This document shows, in pieces, positions 26,226 to 35,479 of a stretch of 62,992 bases of DNA. Position numbers and translations under genes: made by a program. Below the pieces are notes generated by a model, which made no database searches, was not told where the DNA came from, and saw only the letters and a list, made by a program, of their open reading frames with translations. Numbering within the stretch: the first letter of the stretch is position 1; each line of letters opens with the position of its first letter. Source of the DNA: Armatimonadota bacterium (GTDB taxonomy: Bacteria; Armatimonadota; JAAZEB01); the NCBI GenBank assembly GCA_016199585.1, contig JACQGM010000105.1, positions 1-62,992 on the forward strand, written 5' to 3'.

Positions 26226-26917
26226 TGGATCCGATCACGCTGACGATTATCGTGCCGGCCTACAATGAGCGTGACACGATCTTGGAGGCGATCCGGCGGG
26301 TCGAAGAGGCGGACCTGGGGCCCGCCGTCACCCGCGAGATCCTCGTGGTAGATGATTGTTCGCGCGACGGCACGCGCGAGCTGCTCCGCGCGGTGCCCGG
26401 CATCCGCCTCCTGGAGCACGCGCGCAACCAGGGGAAGGGCATGGCGATCCGCACCGCCCTGGCCGAGGCCACCGGGGAGGTGGTCGTCATCCAGGATGCG
26501 GACCTGGAGTACGACCCGGCGGACTTCCGGGCGATGCTCGAGCCGATCCGCTACGGGAAGACGGCGGTGGTCTATGGCTCCCGGTTCCTGAAGGGCCGGC
26601 CGCGGATGCGCCTGGCGAACTACATCGCCAACCGTCTGCTGGCGTGGTCCGCCACGCTTCTTTTCCGGCGGCGCCTCACGGACGAGGCGACGTGTTACAA
26701 GATGTTCCGCACCGACGTGCTGCGGGCGATGGATCTGCGCGCCGAGCGGTTCGAGTTCTGCCCGGAGGTGACGGCCAAGGCGCTCCGCGCCGGCTACCGC
26801 ATCCTCGAGGTGCCGATCTCCTACCGAGCGCGCAGCATCGCCGAGGGGAAGAAGATCACCTGGCGCGACGGGCTGGATGCGTTCTGGACGCTGGCGAAGT
26901 ACCGATTCTTGCGTTGA
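26225..26917 (+). CDS. family 2 glycosyltransferase (polyprenol-phosphate sugar synthase-like)
   Basis: ATG 26225 overlaps the upstream TGA (TGATG). 'TIIVPAYNERDTI', 'VVDDCSRDGT' and 'IQDADLEYDP' (DxD) are present. Confidence 0.85.
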   Translation: MDPITLTIIVPAYNERDTILEAIRRVEEADLGPAVTREILVVDDCSRDGTRELLRAVPGIRLLEHARNQGKGMAIRTALAEATGEVVVIQDADLEYDPADFRAMLEPIRYGKTAVVYGSRFLKGRPRMRLANYIANRLLAWSATLLFRRRLTDEATCYKMFRTDVLRAMDLRAERFEFCPEVTAKALRAGYRILEVPISYRARSIAEGKKITWRDGLDAFWTLAKYRFLR

Positions 26918-26928
26918 GGAGGGGATGA

Positions 26929-27053
26929 TTGAAAATTGACAATTGAAAATTATCAATTGCAAAATGGTACGGATGGAAAGCCCGGCGCTTGCCGCTGTGC
27001 CCGCGCGTCCGCCCCCATTTTTCAATTTTCAATTTTCAATTTTCAATTTTCAA
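26929..27053. repeat. AT-rich inverted repeat built from TTGAAAA heptamers
   Basis: The left arm (26929-26967) has five degenerate heptamers: TTGAAAA TTGACAA TTGAAAA TTATCAA TTGCAAA. The right arm (27015-27053) has five tandem TTTTCAA units, which are the reverse complement; the last four are exact and the first carries one extra T. A 47-nt GC-rich spacer separates the arms. Confidence 0.8.
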
Positions 27054-27070
27054 TAACCTCTCTCGTTGCG

Positions 27071-27586
27071 TTGCTTCTCCTGGTGCTGACCGCTGCCGGC
27101 TGCGCGCGGCGCAAGCCGCCGCCCGCGCCGCCGAAACCGACGCCGGCGGCGCCCAAGACGGAGTTCAACGCCGCGGTGAGCGTGAGCGGCCTCCGCTGGA
27201 GCGTGCCCGATCTGCACGACCGGCCGCTGTGGGAGATGCGCGCGGGAAAGGGATCCAGCACCGTCGCGAGCGGCCTGGCGGAGCTGGAGGACGTGCGCTG
27301 CAAGGTCTACTCGGAGGGCGTGCTCGCCCTGGAAGCCGAGGCGCCGCGCGTGAAGGCGGACTACGCCGGCAAGCGCCTCACTCTCTACGGCGGCGTGTCG
27401 GCGCGGACGACGGATGGCGCGCGCCGCTTCCGCGCCGAGCGCGTCAGCCTCCACGCGAAGGACCGGCAGCGCGCGGTGATCGAAGCGGCGGGCGCGGTGC
27501 GCCTCGATCTGGACGGCGCCTCGGTGGAGGGCGCGCGACTGGTGACGAATCCGCACCTGACGGAGGGGCGGATCCTTGGCAAGTGA
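27071..27586 (+). CDS. LptC-like membrane-anchored protein (start uncertain)
   Basis: ORF 26936-27586. The hydrophobic anchor 'SLVALLLLVLTAAGC' is followed by a Pro-rich linker and a beta-rich domain. The gene sits directly upstream of LptA-like and LptB genes. In-frame start options are TTG 26936, 26957 and 27071, and GTG 27083. Confidence 0.5.
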   Translation: MLLLVLTAAGCARRKPPPAPPKPTPAAPKTEFNAAVSVSGLRWSVPDLHDRPLWEMRAGKGSSTVASGLAELEDVRCKVYSEGVLALEAEAPRVKADYAGKRLTLYGGVSARTTDGARRFRAERVSLHAKDRQRAVIEAAGAVRLDLDGASVEGARLVTNPHLTEGRILGK

Positions 27587-27590
27587 TCAC

Positions 27591-27624
27591 GATTTCAGAT
27601 TGCAGATTTCAGAATGCAGATTGG
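27591..27624. repeat. AT-rich 14-bp tandem repeat
   Basis: GATTTCAGATTGCA, GATTTCAGAATGCA and a partial GATTGG unit, starting 5 nt after the LptC-like stop codon. Confidence 0.7.
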
Positions 27625-27737
27625 CGGACCGGCACCGCCCATGGCTGCGGCGGCCTGATTCGTCCCGTCCCTGTCTGAAACTGTCATGAGGGATTGGCGC
27701 TTGGGACCACGACATACATGCTGATGTCTGTGCGGCG

Positions 27738-28376
27738 GTGGCGCAGGGCATGCGCTGGAGCATGGGAGTGATGATGGTGCGTGCATATCGGTTGGTGTTC
27801 ATCATGCTATTGGCAGCCCTGGCGGTGGGCGTCTGGGCCGCGCGCGGGCGGGCGGCGGAGTCCGACCGGATGCGGGCGCGCTATGGCGACATGACGGTCG
27901 AGGCGGCCGTGTTCGACTACAAAGTGAAGCGACCTGGCACGCTGCTGGTGTTCACCGGTGACGTCCGCGCCACGCGCCCCGGCATGGAGCTGCAGCACGC
28001 GGAGAAGGCGACCGCCGAGCTGGGCGCCGGGGGGAAGTGGAGCACGATCACCGCCACCGGCGGCGTCCGCTTCTGGATGAAGAAGGAAGCGGCGGGGCAG
28101 GCGCAGAAGGCGAGCGGCCGGTGCGAGAAGGCGATCCTCCACAACACCGAGGGCAGGAAGCTGGCCGGCGACCAGCGCCTGCTGGTGGCGGACCTGAGCG
28201 GCAAGGTCTACCTGGAGCTCACCGGGATGGGCGTGGCAGGGCTGCCGGGGGGCGCCGCGCCCCAACCGGGGGCCGCGGCCGCCCCGCCGGAGCCGTTGAT
28301 CATCGAGGCGGCGCGCGCCCGGGTGTGGCAGACCGCCGAGGGCCTGGAGTACACCGTCGGGAAGGGGATAGACTGA
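27738..28376 (+). CDS. LptA/OstA-like periplasmic protein (start uncertain: 27738, 27762 or 27774)
   Basis: It has the signal/anchor '[22 protein letters not shown]' and a beta-jellyroll-like repeat pattern ('[13 protein letters not shown]', '[10 protein letters not shown]', 'LSGKVYLEL'). Its stop lies 1 nt before the lptB ATG. Confidence 0.5.
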   Translation: MAQGMRWSMGVMMVRAYRLVFIMLLAALAVGVWAARGRAAESDRMRARYGDMTVEAAVFDYKVKRPGTLLVFTGDVRATRPGMELQHAEKATAELGAGGKWSTITATGGVRFWMKKEAAGQAQKASGRCEKAILHNTEGRKLAGDQRLLVADLSGKVYLELTGMGVAGLPGGAAPQPGAAAAPPEPLIIEAARARVWQTAEGLEYTVGKGID

Positions 28377-28377
28377 G

Positions 28378-29097
28378 ATGCGCATCGCCACCGAGGACCT
28401 GGTGAAGACCTACCGTGGCCGCAACGTGGTGGATGGCGTCAGCCTCAGCGTGGACCGGGGGGAGATCGTGGGCCTCCTGGGGCGCAACGGTGCCGGGAAG
28501 ACGACCACGTTCTACATGGTGGTCGGGCTGGTGCGCCCGCGCCGCGGCCGCGTGCTCCTGGACGACCGCGACATCACTCGCCTCCCGATGTACCAGCGGG
28601 CGCGCGCCGGCATCGGCTACCTGGCTCAGGAGGCCTCCGTCTTTCGCAAGCTCACTGTGGAGCAAAACATCCGCCTCGTGCTGGAGATGAAGGGGATGTC
28701 GCGCGCCGACCAGCAGAAGCGCATCGATTCCCTGCTGGAGGAGTTCAGCATCAAGCACCTGCGCCAGGAGATCGGCTACTCCCTCTCCGGCGGCGAGCGC
28801 CGCCGCGTCGAGATCGCCCGCTGCCTCGCTACCGACCCGACCTTCATTCTCCTCGACGAGCCCTTCACCGGCATCGATCCGATCGTCATCGCCGACATTC
28901 AGGACACCGTGCGCCACCTGAAGGGGCGCGGCATCGGCATCCTGATCACCGACCACAGCGTGCGCGAAACCCTGGCCATCACCGACCGCGCCTACATCAT
29001 CGTCGAGGGGCAGATCCGCACCGCCGGCTCCCCCGAGCAGATCCTGAAGGACCCGATCGCCAAAGAACACTACCTGGGGGACCGTTTTGCGATGTAG
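28378..29097 (+). CDS. lptB: LPS export ABC transporter ATP-binding protein LptB
   Basis: Walker A '[20 protein letters not shown]', '[20 protein letters not shown]', signature '[16 protein letters not shown]' and Walker B '[13 protein letters not shown]'. Confidence 0.9.
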   Translation: MRIATEDLVKTYRGRNVVDGVSLSVDRGEIVGLLGRNGAGKTTTFYMVVGLVRPRRGRVLLDDRDITRLPMYQRARAGIGYLAQEASVFRKLTVEQNIRLVLEMKGMSRADQQKRIDSLLEEFSIKHLRQEIGYSLSGGERRRVEIARCLATDPTFILLDEPFTGIDPIVIADIQDTVRHLKGRGIGILITDHSVRETLAITDRAYIIVEGQIRTAGSPEQILKDPIAKEHYLGDRFAM

Positions 29098-29257
29098 CGT
29101 GAAGGAACGTTGAACTTCGCCGCCGAAGATGCGTCTAAGGCATAGGCGCAGGGGCAGCAGTCACGTCTGTGCCGTACATGGCACGAGTGTCTGCGGCGTG
29201 CGGTCGTGAGTGCCCGGGCCTGCCTCGGGGGTGTGATCAACTGAGGAAGGAGGTTGT

Positions 29258-30430
29258 GTGGGCTTCTTCACCGAGTATCTCGACCGGAAGATGGATTTCC
29301 AAGCGTTGACCGCCGAGCGGAAGCAGCAGCTTCGGAGGATCGCCGACACCCGCGGGCATGATGTGCTGGTTATCGCGGCCGATCTGTCGAAGAATGTCCC
29401 CGGCATCAATACCGGTCTGTGCTACGCCGACATCGAGCGGGTAAGGGACCAACTGGCAAACCTCTCCGGCGAAGGGATCGATGTGATTCTGGAGACCCCC
29501 GGAGGATCAGGGGAGGTGGCGGAGGATGTGGTGCATCTCATCCGCGGCCGGTTCAGTGCGTTGGGCGTGATCGTACCCGGTTGGGCGAAGAGCGCCGGCA
29601 CGATCATGGCGATGGCAGCCGATGAAATCCTTATGGATCCCACGTCCGCCTTCGGTCCCATCGACGCACAGATAACCTGGCAAGGCAAGGTCTTCTCTGC
29701 TGAGGCACTCATTCAGGGTCTTGAGAGTATCAAGAGGGAGGTGGAGGAGAGCGGCGTCCTGAACAAGGCTTACATCCCCATGCTGCAGGGCATCTCGCCA
29801 GGCGAGTTGCAGCACGCCCGCAACGCGCTGGACTTCGGGAAAAAGTTGGTGACGAACTGGCTCGCCGAGTACAAGTTCCGAAACTGGGAGATCCACGCCA
29901 GCACCGGTCAGCCGGTGACCGCGGATGAGCGCCGCAGACGGGCCAAGGAGATTGCCGCCGAGCTCTGCAACCACTCTCGATGGTTGAGCCACGGGCGCTC
30001 GATCAAGATGCAGGATCTGAAGGCGATGGGGCTGCGGATTACCGACTACTCACAGAGTCCGGAGTTGGCGGACGCCATCGGACGCTATCACACGCTGCTC
30101 CGTATGACGTTCAGCTACACCAACGCGTACAAGGTCTTCGAAACACCCGTGTCGCAACTGCTGGACTTCTTGGCGCCACCCATGCCGGCCGCCCCCGGAC
30201 TCCCCGGCCAACTATCGCCGGACATGGTGGTGGCAAACGTGCAGTGCCACAACTGCAATACGGTTTCGCGTGTCCAGTTCAACCTCGGCAAGAAGCAGCC
30301 TGTGCAGGCCGGCAACCATCCGTTTCCGCCTGATGGTAAGTTCCGGTGCCCGTCGTGTGGGACCGAACACGATCTCTCCGGCGCGAAGCAGCAGGTAGAA
30401 GCTCAGACCAAGAAGCGCGTAGTTGTGTGA
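29258..30430 (+). CDS. Clp/SppA-fold (SDH-type, S49-like) serine proteinase fused to a C-terminal zinc ribbon
   Basis: GTG start with a GGAAGGAGG RBS. 'IDVILETPGGSGEVAEDVV' and 'GWAKSAGTIMAMAADEILMDP' match the ClpP/SppA-type Ser nucleophile region. The C-terminus carries 'CHNCNT...(x33)...CPSCGTEHD'. GC content is visibly lower than in the flanks. Confidence 0.65.
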   Translation: MGFFTEYLDRKMDFQALTAERKQQLRRIADTRGHDVLVIAADLSKNVPGINTGLCYADIERVRDQLANLSGEGIDVILETPGGSGEVAEDVVHLIRGRFSALGVIVPGWAKSAGTIMAMAADEILMDPTSAFGPIDAQITWQGKVFSAEALIQGLESIKREVEESGVLNKAYIPMLQGISPGELQHARNALDFGKKLVTNWLAEYKFRNWEIHASTGQPVTADERRRRAKEIAAELCNHSRWLSHGRSIKMQDLKAMGLRITDYSQSPELADAIGRYHTLLRMTFSYTNAYKVFETPVSQLLDFLAPPMPAAPGLPGQLSPDMVVANVQCHNCNTVSRVQFNLGKKQPVQAGNHPFPPDGKFRCPSCGTEHDLSGAKQQVEAQTKKRVVV

Positions 30431-30441
30431 GGAGAACAGAG

Positions 30442-30639
30442 ATGGAGAACATGGAGGCCCGTTTCCGCATCGTCTTCGAGAAGCTTCCGAGGGTGTCGCG
30501 CGAGAAGGAGCCAGCAGGCACCAAAGAGGATGCACACCGTGCGGAAGCGACGGAAGTCGAGATTGAGGCCATCGCTGAGTTGTGCAGGCTCTCTGCTGAG
30601 ATCGCCCAACCGCCGTCGGTGCTCTTCACCACCACCTGA
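30442..30639 (+). CDS. small acidic hypothetical protein (65 aa)
   Basis: ATG 30442 lies 12 nt after the protease stop and has a GAGGAG RBS. I recognise no family. It shares the lower GC content of the protease gene. Confidence 0.4.
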   Translation: MENMEARFRIVFEKLPRVSREKEPAGTKEDAHRAEATEVEIEAIAELCRLSAEIAQPPSVLFTTT

Positions 30640-30867
30640 CAGCAGGGGCCTCCCGGGGCAGCCGGTCCTGCTCGTCCCAGGAAACCTCTCACCCCTACCG
30701 TCTGGTGTTCCATGCACGCATCAGGTCCCGTCGTTCGCCCGGCGCTGTAGACCCCTGACCGGGCGGTCGTTTCCGTGGTGGCGAGACCCCCGTGCGGGAC
30801 AGGCTGTGCATTGGAACGGTCGCCCAAGGTACGGCCCGAGAGGTACACGTCCCGTGGGCTGTGCGCC

Positions 30868-32055
30868 CTACCACCCACAACCGAGCAACCGCAGCCCCAC
30901 CCGCGCCATCAGCGCCACGCCGAGGGGTACGGCGGCGTCGGGGAAGTCGAAACGAGGGTTGTGCAGCGAGGGGGTGTCGCCCAGGCCGAGGCGGAGGATG
31001 GCGCCGGGGGCCTCCGCCAGGTAGCAGGCGAAGTCCTCGGACACCATCGAGGGCGGGCCGTCGCCGCGCACGCTCGCGGCGCCGAGCAGCGGCTCGGCGG
31101 CCTCCCGGATCGCCCGGCACGCGCGCGGGTCGTTGGCGGTGACGGGGCAGCACTCCTGGTAATCCACCCGCGCCTCCGCCTCGTGCGCGGCGCAGACGCC
31201 GGCGGCGATGCGCCGCATCCGCTCCGGGATCCGGGCGCGCACCGCCGGGTCCAGCGTGCGCACGGTTCCCCGCAGGCGCGCCGCTTCGGGGATCACGTTG
31301 TAGGCCTCCCCCGCGTGGATAGCGGTGACGCTCACCACCACGGGCGCATTCGGCGAGACCTCGCGGCTGGCGATGCTCTGCAGCGCGCCCACCACTTCGC
31401 AGGCGGCGACCACCGGGTCAACCGTCAGGTGCGGCATGGCGCCGTGCCCGCCGCGGCCGGTGATCGCGATCTCGAACGCATCGGCGGAGGCCATCACCGG
31501 CCCGGGGCTGACGTTAATCGTGCCGAGGGGCAAGCCGGGCCACCCGTGGAGGGCGGCGATGGCCGCCACGGGCGGGTTGCTCATCACGCCCGCGGCGCAC
31601 ATCCGGGAGGCGCCGGCCACCTGCTCCTCCGCCGGCTGGAAGATCAGCTTCACGTCTCCTGACAGGTGGGCGCGCAAGGCAGCGAGCGCGCCGGCCGCTC
31701 CCACCAGGATTGCGGTGTGCCCGTCGTGCCCGCAGGCGTGCATCCTTCCCGGCGTGGTTGAGGCGTAAGCGGCGCCCGTTTGCTCCTGGATCGGGAGCGC
31801 GTCCATCTCGGCGCGCAGGGCCACCGTCGGCCCGGGTTGCCCGCCGCGCAGCAGCCCGACGACGCCGGTGCCGGCCACGCCGGTGGTCACCTCGATGTCG
31901 AGCGCGCGCAGGCGCTCCGCCACTTCCCGCGCGGTGCGCTCCTCCTGGAAGGCGGTCTCGGGGTGCGCGTGGATCGCGTGGCGCAGGGCGATGATCTCGG
32001 GAGTGATGGCGCGGCAGCGTTCGCGCAGCGCCGCGTCGAGAGCGAGAGTGTTCAC
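30868..32055 (-). CDS. M20-family amidohydrolase (N-acyl-amino acid amidohydrolase/hippurate hydrolase-like)
   Basis: This is part of ORF 30868-32637. The start is GTG 32055, which overlaps the TPR gene stop (GTGA). 'LRHAIHAHPETAFQEERT', 'RAEMDALP', 'MHACGHDGH', 'FQPAEE' and 'GRGGHGAMPH' are present. Confidence 0.85.
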   Translation of the reverse strand: MNTLALDAALRERCRAITPEIIALRHAIHAHPETAFQEERTAREVAERLRALDIEVTTGVAGTGVVGLLRGGQPGPTVALRAEMDALPIQEQTGAAYASTTPGRMHACGHDGHTAILVGAAGALAALRAHLSGDVKLIFQPAEEQVAGASRMCAAGVMSNPPVAAIAALHGWPGLPLGTINVSPGPVMASADAFEIAITGRGGHGAMPHLTVDPVVAACEVVGALQSIASREVSPNAPVVVSVTAIHAGEAYNVIPEAARLRGTVRTLDPAVRARIPERMRRIAAGVCAAHEAEARVDYQECCPVTANDPRACRAIREAAEPLLGAASVRGDGPPSMVSEDFACYLAEAPGAILRLGLGDTPSLHNPRFDFPDAAVPLGVALMARVGLRLLGCGW

Positions 32056-35000
32056 TGGTTCTCCGCCGTCTTCGTGGACGTGAGCTTCTCCATGGCCGCC
32101 GTCACGCGGGCCAGGGTCTTCTCGTCGGCTTGCAGGCCGATGTAGGCGAGTTGGGGGATGGCGTCCTTGCCGAGGTGCGTGCCCAAGGCCCAGATCACCA
32201 GGGCGGCGCGCTCGGGAGGCTTGGCGAAGTAGGCCACCACGTGGGGAGGCAGGGCGCGGAGCGTGCTCAAGAGCGGGCCGAGCTTCTGCCAGCCCAGATC
32301 GGTGGGCTCGGACTTGCTGAACTCCGGCCCGAGCGCGAGACGCAGCAGCCAGCCGGCGACGGTCTCCGTCGCCATCTTCTCCGCCGGGGTGCTCTTCGAC
32401 ACGTTGGCGCTGGCGGCGATGACCGCGCTGCGGCGCTGGGCGAACGCCGCGGCCTCCTGGTCCTTCCAGAGGGGGCCGACGAGGGCGGCTTCCATCTGCA
32501 GCGCGGCGAGCGCGGCGAGCGCGGGCATCAGCCGGGGATGGGCGGGCGCCACCGCCTGCGCGTGCATCGGGTCGGTGATCCACGCCTCGGCGATCTTCGG
32601 GACCAACGAGGCCCACTGAACGGGAGTGGTTAGCCACCGGGTATCAAAGCGGCCATACATCGCCCGGGCCGGGCCGGGATAGGCGGCCAGGGAGACAACG
32701 AACGGCGGGTCATGCACGGCAGGAGCGCTGCCATTCCCGCACAGGGCCGCGAGAAGGTCTTGGAAGAAGTTCGGCACGTTGTACTGGCGGAGCTGCACGG
32801 CGACGGAGGGGGGCGCGAGGATGATCAGACTCCCGCAGCGGATCTCCTCCAGTCCGTAGTCGCGCGCGTTGTCGCCTGCCACGAGGAGCAGCGCCTGGAC
32901 GTGGGTCTGAATGTCGGCGGGGAGTCGCTGCTGGCTCAGGGAGGCGAGTCGCCTCGCCGCCGCCAGGAACTGCCCCCGGGCGTAGTAGCCGCGCGCCAAC
33001 TGGAACGCCTCCCGATACACGTCGTCGGGGGTGCGGTCGGGCGGCTTCTTGGCGCCCTTGGCAGGGGTGGCGGCGGCGACGGCATCCTTGAGCGCCTGGT
33101 GCTCGGGATCCGGGCGCGTCGCCCACTTGCGCTCGTCCAGGTCCACCAGGATCTCGGTGAGCGTCAGTTTGGCGTTCATGGCGGCGCCGGCCGAGAACTC
33201 CTGGAACTTGCCGTCCTCCACTCCCAGGGCGATCCGGCCCTCGCGCTCCGGGGGGAGGCCGTCGGAGATGAGCGCCAGGCAGTCCCAGCGCATCATGTTG
33301 TCGGCGCTGGCGATGGTTACCGTGTTCACGCCCTCGACCACCCGGGTGGCGAGGAGCCTCACCTGCGTGACCGTGTTGGGCTGGACGTAGAGGGCGTGGG
33401 CCGGCTGGCCGTTGAAGGCGATCTGCACGTTGGCGAAGGGATCGCCGGTGAGCCACTTGATCGCCAGGTCAACCGGCAGTTGGCGGGCCATCCGGAAGCG
33501 GAGGTGGAGCGGCGATCCGGCTCCGGGGGGGCTGCCGACGGGCCCGCACACCCCCTCCGGCAGGGGCTCTGGTGGCTCCTTGAAAGCCTCCCACTTCGCC
33601 GGCTCCGGGGCGGCCGGGGGAGGGCCGGGCAGCGGTGCCTCACGGAAGAGACGAACCCGCTCGGCCTCCGCCGGGGTCTCCAACACGCTGATCTGGGCCA
33701 GCGCGTCGTCCGCCAGACCGGTATTCGGGAGGGCTCGGGCGACTTTCTGATAGGTCAGGCGAGCGGCGGTCAGGTCACCGGATTCGTGCTGGCAGCGCGC
33801 GAGGAGGAAGAGGGAGTGAACCGCCAGGTCGCTGCCGGGACGAGTCTGCAGCAGGCGGTTGTAGAGGGCGGCGGCGGCGCCGTAGCGACGGAGCTGCTGG
33901 TGGATGTTGGCGGCCTCGAAGATCGCGTTGTCGGCGAGGTCGAGGTCGGGGAACTCGGTGTAGACACGCTGGAGCACGGCGAGGAGCGTCGGGATGTTCC
34001 GCGCCGAGCGGTGGTAGCCGAGCACGTCGCTCCAGTAGCGCTCCACGTTAGCGCCCGTGGGGAAGAGCGCGATATAGTCGACCTTGGCCTGCAGCTCCCC
34101 CGCCGTGTCCTTCAACGTGCCGAGGGAGCGGATGATCTTCAGCATCGCGGCGCTGCGCTGATCGCTGCCGACGCAGGTGTCCACAACCGCGCGCCAGGCC
34201 CGGATGGCGGAGACCTCGTCTTTCGCTTCCGAGAAGACGTCGCCGACCACCATCATCCAGGAGTCCTGGTTCTCATGGCCGGCGAACTGCCGGATCATGT
34301 TCTGGTAGAGGACGATCACCTCGGGGTAGCGGCGGAGGGCGCGCAGCCGCTCGGCGGGCCGCAGCAGCGCCTCGGGGTCGGGGACGGGCTCATTGGTGTC
34401 GTAGCGCGGGGGCTTCTTCTGGGAGCGCAGGCAGGAGTTGACGGAGTTCCGGGCCTGGGAGACATAGCGGCTGAAGGGGTAGCGCGCCATGAAGCCCTCG
34501 AGCGCCTCGATGCTGGCCTCGTATTCGCGGATCGGATTGTTCGTCTGGTAATAGAGATAGGCCAACTGATAGGCGGCGTCATCCCGGTAGCGGCTGAAGG
34601 GGATGCGCTCGACGGCTTCGTAAGCGCGCAGCGCCGGGCCGTAGTCTTCGTAGCTGAGTGTTGCGCCGGTGTCCCGGGCCTCCTGGCTGAACTGCTGCGC
34701 GTAGAGTTGCCCCATGGCGTAGAGGGCATCGTCGCACAGGTTGCTGTTCGGATAGGCTTTCAGCAGCGTCTGATAGGCGGCCACGGCCCCGTCGTAGTCC
34801 CCTTCGCGCTGAAGGTTGCCCGCGGCGGCGAGCAGGTTCTGTTCGGCCTGGGGGCTGTGGGGGAAACGCCGGTGGAAGTCCACCTGTGCCGCGGCCGAGC
34901 CTGTGTAGTCCTGCTCCTGGCGCAGCAGGCTGATGATCTGCGTGAGGGCGTCGTCGTTCAGGTCATGGCCGGGATAGCGCGCGAGGTACTGCTGGAACGC

Positions 35001-35363
35001 TGCGATCGCCTCGGGGCGCAGGCGCTGGGCGGCGAACGCCACGCCCGCATTGTAGAGCGCCTGGCGCGCGTCCTCCACGTCGGGAAAGCGGGCGGCGAAG
35101 GCGAGCATCGCCCGGGCGCCCTGGATGTTGTCCTGCTTGCGGACCTTCTCCGCCTCTCGCCAGGCGGCATCCACGTCGGCGCGGCTGATGACCCAATCCG
35201 ACGGGGGCGCCTGGGCCTCGCCGGCGGCACCGGGCTGATCTCCCGGCTCCCCTTGGTCTGCGCCCGGGGACGCAGGGGCCCCGGTTCCGCCGTGGGCCGC
35301 CATCGCGGCAAGCGCGAGGCACGCTGCCAGTGCCAGCGCGCGCCTTCGGATCCGTTCCAGCAT
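32052..35363 (-). CDS. large secreted tetratricopeptide-repeat (TPR) protein
   Basis: It has the signal peptide 'RRRALALAACLALAAMAAHG' and many YbgF/BamD-like TPR units ('ALYNAGVAFAAQ..AIAAFQQYLARYPG', 'ALYAMGQLYAQ'). The C-terminal half is unassigned. Confidence 0.75.
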   Translation of the reverse strand: MLERIRRRALALAACLALAAMAAHGGTGAPASPGADQGEPGDQPGAAGEAQAPPSDWVISRADVDAAWREAEKVRKQDNIQGARAMLAFAARFPDVEDARQALYNAGVAFAAQRLRPEAIAAFQQYLARYPGHDLNDDALTQIISLLRQEQDYTGSAAAQVDFHRRFPHSPQAEQNLLAAAGNLQREGDYDGAVAAYQTLLKAYPNSNLCDDALYAMGQLYAQQFSQEARDTGATLSYEDYGPALRAYEAVERIPFSRYRDDAAYQLAYLYYQTNNPIREYEASIEALEGFMARYPFSRYVSQARNSVNSCLRSQKKPPRYDTNEPVPDPEALLRPAERLRALRRYPEVIVLYQNMIRQFAGHENQDSWMMVVGDVFSEAKDEVSAIRAWRAVVDTCVGSDQRSAAMLKIIRSLGTLKDTAGELQAKVDYIALFPTGANVERYWSDVLGYHRSARNIPTLLAVLQRVYTEFPDLDLADNAIFEAANIHQQLRRYGAAAALYNRLLQTRPGSDLAVHSLFLLARCQHESGDLTAARLTYQKVARALPNTGLADDALAQISVLETPAEAERVRLFREAPLPGPPPAAPEPAKWEAFKEPPEPLPEGVCGPVGSPPGAGSPLHLRFRMARQLPVDLAIKWLTGDPFANVQIAFNGQPAHALYVQPNTVTQVRLLATRVVEGVNTVTIASADNMMRWDCLALISDGLPPEREGRIALGVEDGKFQEFSAGAAMNAKLTLTEILVDLDERKWATRPDPEHQALKDAVAAATPAKGAKKPPDRTPDDVYREAFQLARGYYARGQFLAAARRLASLSQQRLPADIQTHVQALLLVAGDNARDYGLEEIRCGSLIILAPPSVAVQLRQYNVPNFFQDLLAALCGNGSAPAVHDPPFVVSLAAYPGPARAMYGRFDTRWLTTPVQWASLVPKIAEAWITDPMHAQAVAPAHPRLMPALAALAALQMEAALVGPLWKDQEAAAFAQRRSAVIAASANVSKSTPAEKMATETVAGWLLRLALGPEFSKSEPTDLGWQKLGPLLSTLRALPPHVVAYFAKPPERAALVIWALGTHLGKDAIPQLAYIGLQADEKTLARVTAAMEKLTSTKTAENQ

Positions 35364-35479
35364 AGACCTCTCCGTGACCGGCCGGCACCGCGCGCGAGCC
35401 CGCGCCAGGCGAGCACCGGCAACCTATGATCCACCGGGTGTTAGATTCGGCGGCGGGAGGGAAAGTTTCAGTCGCGGCG

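Noticed and set aside
26929-27053. The heptamer array as a CRISPR array or as a transposon terminal inverted repeat.
   Set aside because: The units are 7 bp with no spacers, so this is not a CRISPR array. There is no transposase, no target-site duplication and only 47 nt between the arms, so it is not an IS element. At most it could be a MITE-like hairpin.
32052-32637. The N-terminal 194 residues of ORF 30868-32637, as part of the M20 gene.
   Set aside because: This stretch overlaps the 3' end of the TPR gene in another frame and is Arg/Gly/Pro-rich. The M20 homology begins at 'VNTLALDAALRERC', right at GTG 32055, which overlaps the TPR stop codon.
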